A stretch of 44,857 bases of DNA from a virus. The translations under genes were made by a program, and so were the position numbers. The notes below the pieces were generated by a model. That model searched no databases, was not told the DNA's origin, and saw only the letters and a list, made by a program, of their open reading frames with translations. The stretch spans positions 1 to 44,857 of the IMG/VR virus record IMGVR_UViG_3300009012_000003, one strand, 5' to 3'. Numbering within the stretch: position 1 is the first letter of the stretch; every line of letters begins with the position of its first letter. Below are positions 22,299 through 32,519 of this stretch, piece by piece.

Positions 22299-24280
22299 GC
22301 GCAACGTTCTCGCAAACCGCCAACGCCACACGCGCAACGCTGGACGCCAATTCGCTCGTGGGGCTCGTGCGCGAGCGCAAAGCCCACAGCGAGCGCACGT
22401 TCCTCGCATACTACAACAAGTTGGCGAGGTGGTACGACCGCTACCGTGGCATCTACAGCGGCAAGTTCGCAGCGTTCCGCAACAACATTCACATACCATT
22501 CATATATAGCGTGATCCAGTCGGACGTGGCGCGCAAGATCCAGATGTCGCTCGGCAACTGGCCCTTGATCAGCTTCGAGGGCTATCCGCCGGAGCAGGAG
22601 CCCACCGCCCGCAAGAACGAGATCCTGGTCAGCGTGCAGTGGGAAGACTTGCACATGTACTTGAAAGCCGTGGACTTCCTGACCACGCTCGACCTGTACG
22701 GCGTTGCGATCATGCGCTGGGGCTGGAAGCGCGACTTGCGCCAGCAGCGCGTGCGCGAGCCGCTGCCGGTAGCGCCCGGCTTGACGTTCGAGCGCACGGT
22801 CCAGCGCTGGCAGACCTACTTTGACGGTCCCGACGGGTACGTGGTCGATCCACTCGACTTCTTCCCGCAGCCGGGCTTCCGCCACCCCGACGACATGGCG
22901 TGGGCGGTTGAGCGCTACTGGCGTGATCTGGACGACATGCGCGCGCAAGTGCGTGCCGAGCAAGCCGCCGGTACGCCACGCGAAGAGCTGAGCTTCGATC
23001 CGCGCGCACTCGAAGACCTGGCGCTAACCGGGAGCGAGAGCGATGCCGGCAGTCGCCTGATCGAGCGCATCAGCGTCTACCGCAACGCCACCGACTTCCA
23101 GATCCGCAAGGGCGAGAAGTACGCGAAGCCGGTCGAGGTGTGGGACCACTGGGGCACAGTGCCGGACGAGCTGCTGCCGGCGGACGGTGAGCGCATGCGC
23201 CGGCTCGTGGTACTGAACGGGCGCGTACTCGCAAAGAACGTGGGCAACCCCTACTGGCACGGGCAAAAGCCGTGGACGACCTGTGCCATCGGCGATCCGC
23301 ACTACTTTCACGGCGTCGGCAAAAGCGAGCTTTTGGAGAAACTGCAGGCCGCGAGCAACCGCCTGCTCAACCACAAGCTCGACTCGCTGGACTTGTCGAT
23401 CTCGCCCGTGTTCCTCGCGAACAGTTCAATCGTCCAGGCGCAGAACCTGGTCACGCAGCCGGGGCGCATCATCTCGATCGACGGACCCGTGGGCGAGGAC
23501 GTGATCCGGCCGCTGCTGATTGATCGAACGGGCATCCAGCAGGTCGGCCCCGAGGTCGAGCTGCTGTGGCGCTACATGCAGCAGGGCAGCGGGATCGTGG
23601 AGGACACGGTGCAGGGCGGCGCCAGCTCGCGTCAGACGGCGCACGAGTTCCAAGGTCGCCAAGAAGCCGTTATGACGCGCCTGATGAGCGAGTCGCGCCA
23701 GCTCGAAGAGGGCTGGCTTGAGCCCAGTGCCAACCTGTGCCGTGCCTTGAACCGCCAATTCTTGACGGTGCCGAAGCAGATCAACATGCTTGGTTCGCTC
23801 GCGCGAACCAATCCGATCACCGGTGCGCCGCTGCCGCCCGACACGCTCGCAATCGACCATCATGACCTGTGGCCCGACTACCGGGCGCGCGCCGTGGGCG
23901 CCAACCAGACCATGATGCGCGCCGCGACGCAGCAGAACGTGATCCAGCTGCTGCAAGCCGCATCGGCCAACCCTGCGCTCATGCAACTCATCAACTGGAC
24001 AAACTTTGCGCGCCAGCTCTTGGAAACGTTTGGCTTCCGCAACATCAACGAGATGCTGAACGAGACAGCGCAACAGCAGCAGCTGACGGACGCAACGCAG
24101 GGCGCCGCACGCGCCGGTGTGCCAATCCAGCAGCAGATGCAAGCGTTGTGGCCACAGCAGGGCTTCGCGGGCGGCGGCAACGGCGCCTCCGGCAGCCCTG
24201 AGACGCTCGACCCCGCACACATGATGGCGATGATGGCAGCGAGCGGCGCGCGCCAGCCCATGCTGCCGCTGACGCGGTAG
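22295..24280 (+). CDS. Portal (head-tail connector) protein
   Basis: 661 aa. Lies downstream of terL and upstream of scaffold/capsid. The N-terminal YYNKLARWYDRYRGIY region is typical of podovirus connectors. ATGA start overlap. Confidence 0.75.
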   Translation: MSATFSQTANATRATLDANSLVGLVRERKAHSERTFLAYYNKLARWYDRYRGIYSGKFAAFRNNIHIPFIYSVIQSDVARKIQMSLGNWPLISFEGYPPEQEPTARKNEILVSVQWEDLHMYLKAVDFLTTLDLYGVAIMRWGWKRDLRQQRVREPLPVAPGLTFERTVQRWQTYFDGPDGYVVDPLDFFPQPGFRHPDDMAWAVERYWRDLDDMRAQVRAEQAAGTPREELSFDPRALEDLALTGSESDAGSRLIERISVYRNATDFQIRKGEKYAKPVEVWDHWGTVPDELLPADGERMRRLVVLNGRVLAKNVGNPYWHGQKPWTTCAIGDPHYFHGVGKSELLEKLQAASNRLLNHKLDSLDLSISPVFLANSSIVQAQNLVTQPGRIISIDGPVGEDVIRPLLIDRTGIQQVGPEVELLWRYMQQGSGIVEDTVQGGASSRQTAHEFQGRQEAVMTRLMSESRQLEEGWLEPSANLCRALNRQFLTVPKQINMLGSLARTNPITGAPLPPDTLAIDHHDLWPDYRARAVGANQTMMRAATQQNVIQLLQAASANPALMQLINWTNFARQLLETFGFRNINEMLNETAQQQQLTDATQGAARAGVPIQQQMQALWPQQGFAGGGNGASGSPETLDPAHMMAMMAASGARQPMLPLTR

Positions 24281-24322
24281 CAGTCGTAAACGACTGCAGT
24301 AAATCACAGTTAGGAGACGCTC

Positions 24323-24691
24323 ATGCCCGAGCAGCCGCTACCCCCGCCGAGCGAGCAGATCGAAAGCCTGCGCGGCACGATCCTGTCGCGCGGCTGGACC
24401 GAGATCATGCTGCCGCAGCTCTCGCAGCGCATGGACCAAGCCAAGGAAGCGCTCGTGCTGCCGCCCGAGCTGCGCACCGGCGAGTGGAAGGACCTCTCGA
24501 ACGAGCGCTTGGCCGGCATGGTCCAGGGCCTGGGCTGGGCGCGCAACGTGTGGCTGATCGCGATCCAGCGCCACGATGCGGCGCGCGCGCTGCTGGCGCA
24601 ACAGCGCGCCAGCGACCTGGATGGTGAGCGCGGTATCGGTCACCCCCACGCCCCTGACGTGGACCCGGAGCAAGCGCGCATCCTCAGCTAG
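24323..24691 (+). CDS. Hypothetical protein (122 aa)
   Basis: TAGGAGA lies upstream of ATG 24323. Confidence 0.55.
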   Translation: MPEQPLPPPSEQIESLRGTILSRGWTEIMLPQLSQRMDQAKEALVLPPELRTGEWKDLSNERLAGMVQGLGWARNVWLIAIQRHDAARALLAQQRASDLDGERGIGHPHAPDVDPEQARILS

Positions 24692-24923
24692 CGCACCACG
24701 TTGCGGCGCCGCCCTGCGGGGCGTGACAAGCGGGTAACTGCCCTAGGTAACCGAGGGGAGCGCCGCAAGCGGCGTGTCACCAGCGCCGCGCGCGCTGCCC
24801 AATTCCCCGATTGACAGCACCCCCCGCCGCAGTGGTGGTCTTCACGCCACGAGCTAGCCTGCGTCGCAGAACGCGACGCACCTAAGAACTAGGTCACCGG
24901 CTGGCGCACACATGGAGGCCACA

Positions 24924-25685
24924 ATGGCAGTCGATCCCATGGCACCGGTGCAGAACGCGCCTGCGCCGCAGCCGCCGCAGAACGCGCCCGCTGCGCCACC
25001 CGACCCCTACCTATCGCGCGTGGGCTATGGCAACTACGAAGACTGGGTCAAGGCCACGATCAGCAGTGCCAACGAGAGCACGCGCCTGGCGCAGCGCGTC
25101 CGCGAGCTGGAGGGCCAGCAGCAGCAGCTCGCCCAAACGCTTACCGGCCGCAGCGGTGACCCCGCGCAGGAGTTAGACCGGCTGGGCATCCCGCTCGACG
25201 CGCTCGACGCCTACCTGGATCGTAAGGTCCAAGCTGGCGTGAGCGCCCGCCTGGACCCGATGCTCAAAACCTCAACTGCCATCAATCGCGTCAAGCAAAC
25301 CTACCCTGACTTCGCCACGCACGAGCCGCGCTTCAATGCGTGGCTCGCGACCAATCCTGACCTGAATGCACGCCTTCAAGATGCGCTCACGCGCGACCCC
25401 GACGGCGCTGAGCTAGCAATCCGCGGCGCCTTCGCACTGTGGGAGCAGCAAGCCCGCGCCCAGGCGCCCGCGCCGGAGCCGCCGCGCGTGCCGACCGACG
25501 CGCGCCTGCCCGCAACGCAGGGCAACGCCGCTGCCGCGCGCGGCACGACCGTGCCGCAGCCCACGCCCGAAGAGATCGGTCGGCTGCTCGTACGCGCCCG
25601 CGCCGGCGACGATCGCGCCAAGATCGCGCTCGTCAAGATGCGGCTCGGCAACCAGCCGCATCCCGAGATCCCCGCGAACCCGTGA
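24924..25685 (+). CDS. Scaffolding protein (candidate)
   Basis: Helical, Gln/Ala/Pro-rich 253 aa between portal and capsid. GGAGG lies 5 nt upstream of ATG 24924, which is preferred over 24912. Confidence 0.6.
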   Translation: MAVDPMAPVQNAPAPQPPQNAPAAPPDPYLSRVGYGNYEDWVKATISSANESTRLAQRVRELEGQQQQLAQTLTGRSGDPAQELDRLGIPLDALDAYLDRKVQAGVSARLDPMLKTSTAINRVKQTYPDFATHEPRFNAWLATNPDLNARLQDALTRDPDGAELAIRGAFALWEQQARAQAPAPEPPRVPTDARLPATQGNAAAARGTTVPQPTPEEIGRLLVRARAGDDRAKIALVKMRLGNQPHPEIPANP

Positions 25686-25726
25686 GCGCGAGCGCACCCT
25701 GAAGGCGTGCCGTGGAGACATAAACC

Positions 25727-26719
25727 GTGGCTAACGACACCAACCTCTGGTCAGTCTACGACCTGGGTGGCCCGTTCGCGGGCGGCACCAGCGTGCTCAA
25801 GGAAGATCTCGCTGACGTAGTCATCAATATCGATCCCACCGACACGCCCGGCTGGAGCACGTTCGCCAAGACCGTGGCCAAGAACACCGCCCACGAGTGG
25901 GTCGCAGCCGCCCTGGCCGCAACCTCGACCGCGGGCACCGCAGAGGGTTTCGACTTCACATCCGCGAACCGCACTGCGCGCGTGCGGCTCCAGAACTTGA
26001 CGCAGATCTTCAACGTGCCGGTGATCGTGTCGGACACCGCACGCGCCGTTGACCCTGCCGGCGTGTCCGATGAGTACATGCTGCAGATCATGTACGGCAT
26101 GCAGGAAGAGTCGCGCAACATCGAAGCCGCGCTGTTCAAGGCCGCAACCGCGTCGGCAACGGGCGATGACGCAAGCGCCGCACGCGTCTTGAAGGGCTTC
26201 CGCGGCTTCGTTGGCATGACCGGCACCCCGGCATTCAACATCCAGCAGATCAACGAAGCTGGCAACGCGTCGTTCCTGATCTCAACCGCTAACATCATTA
26301 ACCTGCACGAGACGATGTACACACTGGGTGCCAAGCCCGACTCGCTGTGGTGCAGCCCCGGCGTCAAGGCCGACTTGACGCGTGCATTGGTCGCTGCGGG
26401 CGGCAACTTCCGTCTCAACATCGCAGCCGCCGACAACACGATGATCAACAATATCGAGGTGTTCCACAGCGACTTCGGCGTGCTGCCCATCATCACCGAC
26501 CGGTTCATTCCGCAGGCCACTGGCTTGTCGGCATCGAGCGCCAGTGCTGCCTGGTTCCTGATCGAGCGCAGCAAGGCGCGGCTCGCAGTGCTGCGTCCGA
26601 TGCACCACGTGCCGATGGGAAAGAGTGGCGACCACACGCGCGGCCTGGTCGTGACCGAGCTGACGCTAGAGCTGCAGCATCCCTACGCAGTCGGTGTCGG
26701 TACCGGAGTTGGTACGTAG
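25727..26719 (+). CDS. Major capsid protein
   Basis: 330 aa directly after the scaffold. GGAGA SD before GTG 25727. Composition and size fit HK97-fold capsid proteins. Followed by strong hairpins. Confidence 0.75.
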   Translation: MANDTNLWSVYDLGGPFAGGTSVLKEDLADVVINIDPTDTPGWSTFAKTVAKNTAHEWVAAALAATSTAGTAEGFDFTSANRTARVRLQNLTQIFNVPVIVSDTARAVDPAGVSDEYMLQIMYGMQEESRNIEAALFKAATASATGDDASAARVLKGFRGFVGMTGTPAFNIQQINEAGNASFLISTANIINLHETMYTLGAKPDSLWCSPGVKADLTRALVAAGGNFRLNIAAADNTMINNIEVFHSDFGVLPIITDRFIPQATGLSASSASAAWFLIERSKARLAVLRPMHHVPMGKSGDHTRGLVVTELTLELQHPYAVGVGTGVGT

Positions 26720-26729
26720 CAGAAGGTGG

Positions 26730-26788
26730 CTGCCCGGTCGAGGGACGGGCAGTTGCTGGCGCGAGCAGGACGGTGCGAGCCGTCCTGC
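26730..26788 (+). terminator. Two tandem perfect hairpins just downstream of the capsid gene
   Basis: CTGCCCG/CGGGCAG (26730-26752) followed by TTGCTGG, then GCAGGACGG/CCGTCCTGC (26765-26788). Confidence 0.4.
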
Positions 26789-26866
26789 CGCGTCACCGCC
26801 CTGACGGGCGTGGCCACAATCACTGCATGTCAAGCCTTTTACAAGCTGCTAGCAAGGGAGACACCA

Positions 26867-27190
26867 ATGGCATACACGAGTCACGGCAAGCCGCGCCGCC
26901 CTGACCGGAGCAAGGTCCAGCCCCCGGCGAACGTACTGGACGCGAACAACCGCTACGACATCAACGCTCAGCTTGAAGCGCTGGCGCGCGTGACGCGCTC
27001 GTGGGGCATGGACCCTGACGCGGGCCTCGCGATCACCGCTGAGGGCAAGTTGACGATCGGCGGTCCCGACGAGTCGCAGGGCGTTACGTACGATCCCAGT
27101 CCGCAGCTCGACCCGCCGACGATCCCCCAGGCGCGCCCGCCCAAGACGGGCGCCGCGGCTGCGCCCGGCGCCGGTACGAAAGGTTTCTAA
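26867..27190 (+). CDS. Hypothetical virion-module protein (107 aa)
   Basis: GGGAG SD before ATG 26867. Confidence 0.55.
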   Translation: MAYTSHGKPRRPDRSKVQPPANVLDANNRYDINAQLEALARVTRSWGMDPDAGLAITAEGKLTIGGPDESQGVTYDPSPQLDPPTIPQARPPKTGAAAAPGAGTKGF

Positions 27191-27194
27191 CGCC

Positions 27195-27593
27195 ATGGAG
27201 CGCAAGTCCCTCGCCCCCGACGTACCCGCAACCAAGTCTTGGCCCGACACGCCTCCAGCCGCCGAGTTCTACGTCAGCAACCCCGACCGCAGCGCACTCG
27301 ACACCGTCACCGACGCCCGCTGGATCACCGACCGCTTTCCCAGCATGGCAACCCAGTTCGCTGCCATTAGATCGTTGCGCGACCACTACTGGGATCTGCG
27401 TAAGATTACCTCGCACGGTTCGATTGTGGGCGGCGCAGGTGGCATGAAGCACGTCGCGTCGATCCCGCAGCGCATCCTGTTCGCAGCCGAACGCGCCGCC
27501 AAGCTCGATGGCGTTGACTTCTGGGACGAGCGTGTGTTCTACGCCTGGCTTGGGCGCAACCCGCAATACGCCTTAAAGGACGCCGACAAGTGA
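27195..27593 (+). CDS. Hypothetical virion-module protein (132 aa)
   Basis: ORF track. Tight spacing to neighbouring genes. Confidence 0.55.
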   Translation: MERKSLAPDVPATKSWPDTPPAAEFYVSNPDRSALDTVTDARWITDRFPSMATQFAAIRSLRDHYWDLRKITSHGSIVGGAGGMKHVASIPQRILFAAERAAKLDGVDFWDERVFYAWLGRNPQYALKDADK

Positions 27594-28939
27594 CACAGCC
27601 CCTGCGCATCTACACCATGATCAACACGCTGACCTACAACGCCAGTACCTACTATCGCCTGGACGTGCCACTCACGACCATGGAAGAGCTGGGCTTGCCG
27701 GTCGAGCCAATCGTAGACAATGGCGATCCCACGATCCCAAACCGCAACCGCATCCTCGCAGTCTGCCAAAGCGACATCAACCTGCTCTACCAACCCGTCT
27801 CGCCCTCGCTGCGCGAACAGATCCTGCGCCTGGACAGCCTGTTCCCCGCCAAGACTGCCACCGGTGACTGGCACTACCCACCCTCATTCATCTGCGACAC
27901 CGACGACAACCTGTTCCAGGTGCACCCCATGAATCCCGCCTACCGCACCCTGGGCATCCGCATGCCCGACGGGCGCCTGCTGCGCGAAGGCGACGAGGTG
28001 GGTGTCGTAGACCAAACCGGTGCACGCCGCGTACTGTGGAAAGACGGCGTTGACGGTTTCAACATCGCTGACAACTTGCTCAAGCTGCAGAGCTATCGCG
28101 ACATTCTGGCGACAGCAGCCGGTGTCACGTGCAGCACCCCGCGCGTCGAGAACTACGTCCGCACCGAATCCGGCAACGATCGCACATTCATATCTCCCAA
28201 CATGGTCCGGTTCGATCACTACGAGCCGGTAGATCTGCGCCCGCACCCAGACGAGGTGCGCATCCTGTGGCAAGGCTCGACCACACACTTTGAAGACTTC
28301 TACGACATCCGCCAGTCGCTGCCGCTGATTGTGCGGCGCTATCCGCACGTGAAGTTCATGTTCTGGGGCGCACTCCACCCCTGGATCATCCAGAACATGC
28401 CCAGTGACCGCTTTCGATACATCCCGTGGTGCAACTACGCCGAGTACAAGCTGCGCCTCGCGACAATCGGCCACGACATCGCAATCGCCCCGTTGCGCCC
28501 GCACCGCTTCAACGTCTGCCGCAGCGCCATCAAGTTCTACGAAGCCGCAGTCCTGACGCCGCCGGTGGCGTTCCTGGGTCAGGGCGGTGGCACGCCCTAC
28601 AGCGACGAAGTGCTCGATGGCGAGACGGGCGCGATCTGGGACACGCCGCAGCAGTTCGTCGAGCAGCTATCGCGCCTAATCGAAGACGCCCCCGAGCGCA
28701 AGCGTCTCGCCGCCAACTCGCGTGATTGGCTCAGCGAGCACCGCGACGCCATGAAGCTCGCCCCTCGCCTATACGAGTTCTACCGCGAGGTGCGCACGCG
28801 TAAGCAGCGCGACACGCCGCTGCCCACACCCGAAGCCTGGGCCACGCGCAAGCAGGAGCTGCTGGCGGCGGTCGCCGCGCAATTGGCCAACACGCCTGTG
28901 CCGAACGGCGAGCCCGCGGATGCCGCTGTTCACGCCTAG
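27590..28939 (+). CDS. GT-B fold glycosyltransferase (GT1/GT4-like C-terminal domain)
   Basis: SAIKFYEAAVLTPPVAF...DEVLDGETGAIWDTPQQFVEQLSRLIEDAPERKRLAANSRDWL matches the nucleotide-sugar-binding half of GT4-type enzymes. GTGA start overlap. Confidence 0.6.
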   Translation: MTQPLRIYTMINTLTYNASTYYRLDVPLTTMEELGLPVEPIVDNGDPTIPNRNRILAVCQSDINLLYQPVSPSLREQILRLDSLFPAKTATGDWHYPPSFICDTDDNLFQVHPMNPAYRTLGIRMPDGRLLREGDEVGVVDQTGARRVLWKDGVDGFNIADNLLKLQSYRDILATAAGVTCSTPRVENYVRTESGNDRTFISPNMVRFDHYEPVDLRPHPDEVRILWQGSTTHFEDFYDIRQSLPLIVRRYPHVKFMFWGALHPWIIQNMPSDRFRYIPWCNYAEYKLRLATIGHDIAIAPLRPHRFNVCRSAIKFYEAAVLTPPVAFLGQGGGTPYSDEVLDGETGAIWDTPQQFVEQLSRLIEDAPERKRLAANSRDWLSEHRDAMKLAPRLYEFYREVRTRKQRDTPLPTPEAWATRKQELLAAVAAQLANTPVPNGEPADAAVHA

Positions 28940-29843
28940 CACCCTGGTCGTGACGGCGGCGCAGTCGGTGGTCGCTGAGTCCGCGGGCGCCCAAGCCGAC
29001 ACGGACATGCTGACGCGGGCGCTGCGTGCACTCGACGCGACGGCCCAGCGCTGGAACCGCTTAAAGTGGAAGTTCCTGCAGCAGGAGCAGATGCTGGTGC
29101 TGGTGGCGCCCTTCACCGTGACGGGCGTTTCGACCACCGCAGGCGGAACCACGATCACCACCAGCGTCGCCGCCGGCTTCGCGAGTGTGCTGGCGCAAGA
29201 CATGGTGCTCGACGGCAGCACCGTATTCCACGGCGACACGCAAGTCGCAGCCACGGGCTCGACTGCACTTACGCTCAACGTGGGCGCCCGGACGACCGTG
29301 ACGGGCGCCACGGCAATATTCCAGCGCGCAGTTTACAGCCTCGCAAGCGACTTCAAAGCCGTCTACGACGTGCGCCTCGCCGACAACCCGCGCCCGCTGT
29401 TCTACCTGCAGCGCCGCATCTACGACCGGCTCATCAGCGACCAGCAGTCCGCTGCCGCGACCGTAGCCTACGAACTCTACAGCCAGGGCGCCGCGGGACA
29501 GATCCGCTTCATCGCCCCGCCCGCAGCCGCCGACGTGGCCCACATCCGCTACATGCGCCGCATTAGCATGCCGTCCAGCGCCACCGCCGCAGTGCTAGAC
29601 GTGCCCCAGGACTACGAAGACGTATTCCTCGCCGCCGCCAAAGCCTACTTCCTGGCCGACAAGAAGGAAGACCTACCACGCGTCCAGTACTGGGCCGAGT
29701 ACGCCCGCGCTGGCATGGCGCAGATCCGCAGCGACGAGCACTGGGTACCCGACGAGCTGCTGGCACTCGAAGCCCCCTGGCAGGGCGTCTACAACTACAC
29801 CAACCCCAACGCAAGTCCCCCTTGGTGGGACTCATTCTGGTAG
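28920..29843 (+). CDS. Virion structural protein (adaptor / tail-tubular-A-like by position)
   Basis: 307 aa immediately upstream of the nozzle-like gene. No motif-level assignment. Confidence 0.45.
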   Translation: MPLFTPSTLVVTAAQSVVAESAGAQADTDMLTRALRALDATAQRWNRLKWKFLQQEQMLVLVAPFTVTGVSTTAGGTTITTSVAAGFASVLAQDMVLDGSTVFHGDTQVAATGSTALTLNVGARTTVTGATAIFQRAVYSLASDFKAVYDVRLADNPRPLFYLQRRIYDRLISDQQSAAATVAYELYSQGAAGQIRFIAPPAAADVAHIRYMRRISMPSSATAAVLDVPQDYEDVFLAAAKAYFLADKKEDLPRVQYWAEYARAGMAQIRSDEHWVPDELLALEAPWQGVYNYTNPNASPPWWDSFW

Positions 29844-29885
29844 AATGAGTTACACGGTGCGGTTAATGTATTGCGCGAGGTGCGC

Positions 29886-32519
29886 GTGAGCCGCCTGATC
29901 GAAACCGTCCAAGGCGGCCTGATCACCGCGCGCGACCCAGCGCAGCTCGCGCCCGGCGAGCTGCAGTTCCTGCAGAACGCAGTCTACGACCCCGGCAGCC
30001 AGGCGCTCAGGCGCGCCACCGGCCGCACCCAGTTCGGCGCCGCCAACGCCAACGCGTCGGCCATCAACGGCCTGCGCGACCCCGTGTTCCTGAACGGCGA
30101 TCACCTACTGCTCGCGCTGTGGGGTAGCGCCCTCTCGACCGCAACGTTGGGCGACACCGGGACGTTCGCTCTCGCAACCACGCTATCGACCAGCGCTGCG
30201 ACAGCGCTCGACGCCGTCCAAGCCAACGACGAGTGGTACCTATTCACGGGCGTGGACCGGCTTGCGATGTACGTGTCCGCCACCGCCGCGGGTACGCCGG
30301 TGAGCTTCCGCCCCCACGGCTTGGTCCCCGTGAGCGGCAGCATCAGTGCCAGCGCCACCGCCGGCACCTTCAGCGCCAGTGCCACCGGCTACTTCGAATA
30401 CTGGACGACCGAGGTGTTCGACTACACGCGCGACGGAGCTGCTGCGCAACTTGAAAGTACCTACACCGGCGCCACGACGAACTTTTTCGTGGCGACGACC
30501 GCAAGCGCCGTCCGCGTGGTGCGCCCACCCACCGCCAACGCCAACGCCACGCGCTGGCGCCTCTACCGCAACAGCGCCCCCAACACTTCCGTCGCCGACC
30601 GCAACTTCCCCACCGGCTTTTTCGTGTCGGAAGCTCCCATGAGTGCCACCGCCATGATCGACGGCGTGGGTCAGGGCGGTGGATACTTTTTCGGTAACGC
30701 CACCGCCACCGGCTTCGGCGGTGTCCCGGCGCCGCTCTTCCCCTACAGCAGCGCCACCGCATTCGAAGCGAGCTGGATCACCGCTGAGCGTGTGACCGCT
30801 CAGGACGCCACGAACGCTAGCGCCACCGCCACAATCCGCGATCACGTGACCCTGGGCGGTGGCGTGCTGCTGCCCACCGGTCTACCGCCGTTCGCGCGAT
30901 TCTTCGTCAACGGCACCAACGTGACAGGTCTCACAGACCCAATCACCGGTGTCGAGGTCGCAGTCGGCGGCAGCGTCAACGCCACTGGCACGAGCCTGGG
31001 CGTGCGCTTCCACCGCCTGGTCGCAGGCTCGATCTACAGCAGCGTTCAAAAGACCGTCCCGCTCGTGAGCGGCGCAAACGTTGACTACATCGTGGGTGGC
31101 AACGGTGACGTGTGGGGCGCCGGTACCGCCAGCGCCTACGGCCCCAACCTCTTGTCGTCCGACTTTGCCAGTGCCAACTTCGCGCTCTCGGTTCTGTTCA
31201 CGAGCGAGAACATGCAAGCTGCCGCGACGGCGCTCGTAGACTATGTCAAGCTCAAGATCTATGGCGGCGGTACCGCGGGCACTACGATCGCCACCGACAC
31301 GCCGTTCCCGGCCCTGAACATCGACATCGCGGGCACCACGCTGGGCCACGTCGGCTCGCACGGCCAGCCGCCGATCGCCACCACCGCGGACTTCTTCCAG
31401 GGCTCGCTCGTGACGAACGACATCGCCACGCCTAACCTGACGCGCCACTCGCTACCGCTCGCGTACGACTACTTCCCCAGCATCTACTTCATCGACTACA
31501 ACATGGGCCACGGCGAGCGCGTGACCAACATCAAGCGCCTCAATAACAGGCTGGCGGTCATGACCACGCAGCGCCTGTTCCGCGTCAACTACCTGCCGAC
31601 CGAGGCCGACAGCAACTTCCAGTCGGGCGGCGGGCCGGCGTTCGAAGAAGTCAACCCCGACGTTGGCTGCGTAAACGCCATGTGCGCCTGCACTTACACG
31701 GGTGCCGCACGCCGCACCGAGCTGGCCTTCGTGTCCAACATCGGCATCCACACTACTGACCTGTTCACCGTGAACCTGCTCACGAACGACCTGGACTGGC
31801 GCCTGATCATGGCCACCGCCGCCACCGCCAACGCGCGCCCGATCGCCCTCGTGAACGACCAGGAGCAGCGCGAGCTGCTGTTCTACTACCGTAACGACAG
31901 CTTGGGCCAGGAGCGCTACAAGTGCTTGCACCTGTTCTACGATCAGACACACGTGACACGCGAAGGCGGTCTCAAGCTGGGCGGTCAGGTCAACATGCGC
32001 AACTACGCAAGCGGCGCCGGCGTCAGTGCCGACCTGTACAGCGCCTGGTCGGTGACGCGCGCCGCCGGCAACGTAAACGTGTACCTGGGCTACGGGGGCG
32101 CCGGTTTGGTCGCAACTGCCGCAGGTGCAGGTTTCGTCTACCGCGAAACCGGTAACGTGCTGCCGGCATTCGACCCGACCATGCAGTACACGCTGCGCCG
32201 GATGTACCTCGCTGGCGCAGGTGGTGAGTTCCAAATGGGCGAAGTCTACACCTACAACGTACTCAGCGACACGACCAGCACCCAGGACTGGAACTGCACG
32301 CCCTCCACGACCAAGACCAACTTCGCGGGCGCCATCGCTCAAACCACCAAGAACCACGTTTGGGGTGGCGAGGTGCAGTGGAAGCACCAGTTCAACCTGC
32401 TGGCCGAGTCGGTCGATCTGGCGTTCGCGCAAGGCACCGCCAGCGCCAACAACTCGTGGAGCGTGCAGCACCACATCATCGACGGTCAGAACTTTGGCGA
32501 GGAAGACAGTGGCCGCTGA
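29886..32519 (+). CDS. Large tail/nozzle protein (tail-tubular-B-like)
   Basis: About 877 aa. The N-terminal LIETVQGGLITARDPAQL...LQNAVYDPGSQALRRATG pattern recalls the T7 gp12 start (ISQSIKNLKGGISQQP...). GAGG lies 5 nt before GTG 29886. TTG 29871 is also possible. Confidence 0.55.
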   Translation: MSRLIETVQGGLITARDPAQLAPGELQFLQNAVYDPGSQALRRATGRTQFGAANANASAINGLRDPVFLNGDHLLLALWGSALSTATLGDTGTFALATTLSTSAATALDAVQANDEWYLFTGVDRLAMYVSATAAGTPVSFRPHGLVPVSGSISASATAGTFSASATGYFEYWTTEVFDYTRDGAAAQLESTYTGATTNFFVATTASAVRVVRPPTANANATRWRLYRNSAPNTSVADRNFPTGFFVSEAPMSATAMIDGVGQGGGYFFGNATATGFGGVPAPLFPYSSATAFEASWITAERVTAQDATNASATATIRDHVTLGGGVLLPTGLPPFARFFVNGTNVTGLTDPITGVEVAVGGSVNATGTSLGVRFHRLVAGSIYSSVQKTVPLVSGANVDYIVGGNGDVWGAGTASAYGPNLLSSDFASANFALSVLFTSENMQAAATALVDYVKLKIYGGGTAGTTIATDTPFPALNIDIAGTTLGHVGSHGQPPIATTADFFQGSLVTNDIATPNLTRHSLPLAYDYFPSIYFIDYNMGHGERVTNIKRLNNRLAVMTTQRLFRVNYLPTEADSNFQSGGGPAFEEVNPDVGCVNAMCACTYTGAARRTELAFVSNIGIHTTDLFTVNLLTNDLDWRLIMATAATANARPIALVNDQEQRELLFYYRNDSLGQERYKCLHLFYDQTHVTREGGLKLGGQVNMRNYASGAGVSADLYSAWSVTRAAGNVNVYLGYGGAGLVATAAGAGFVYRETGNVLPAFDPTMQYTLRRMYLAGAGGEFQMGEVYTYNVLSDTTSTQDWNCTPSTTKTNFAGAIAQTTKNHVWGGEVQWKHQFNLLAESVDLAFAQGTASANNSWSVQHHIIDGQNFGEEDSGR

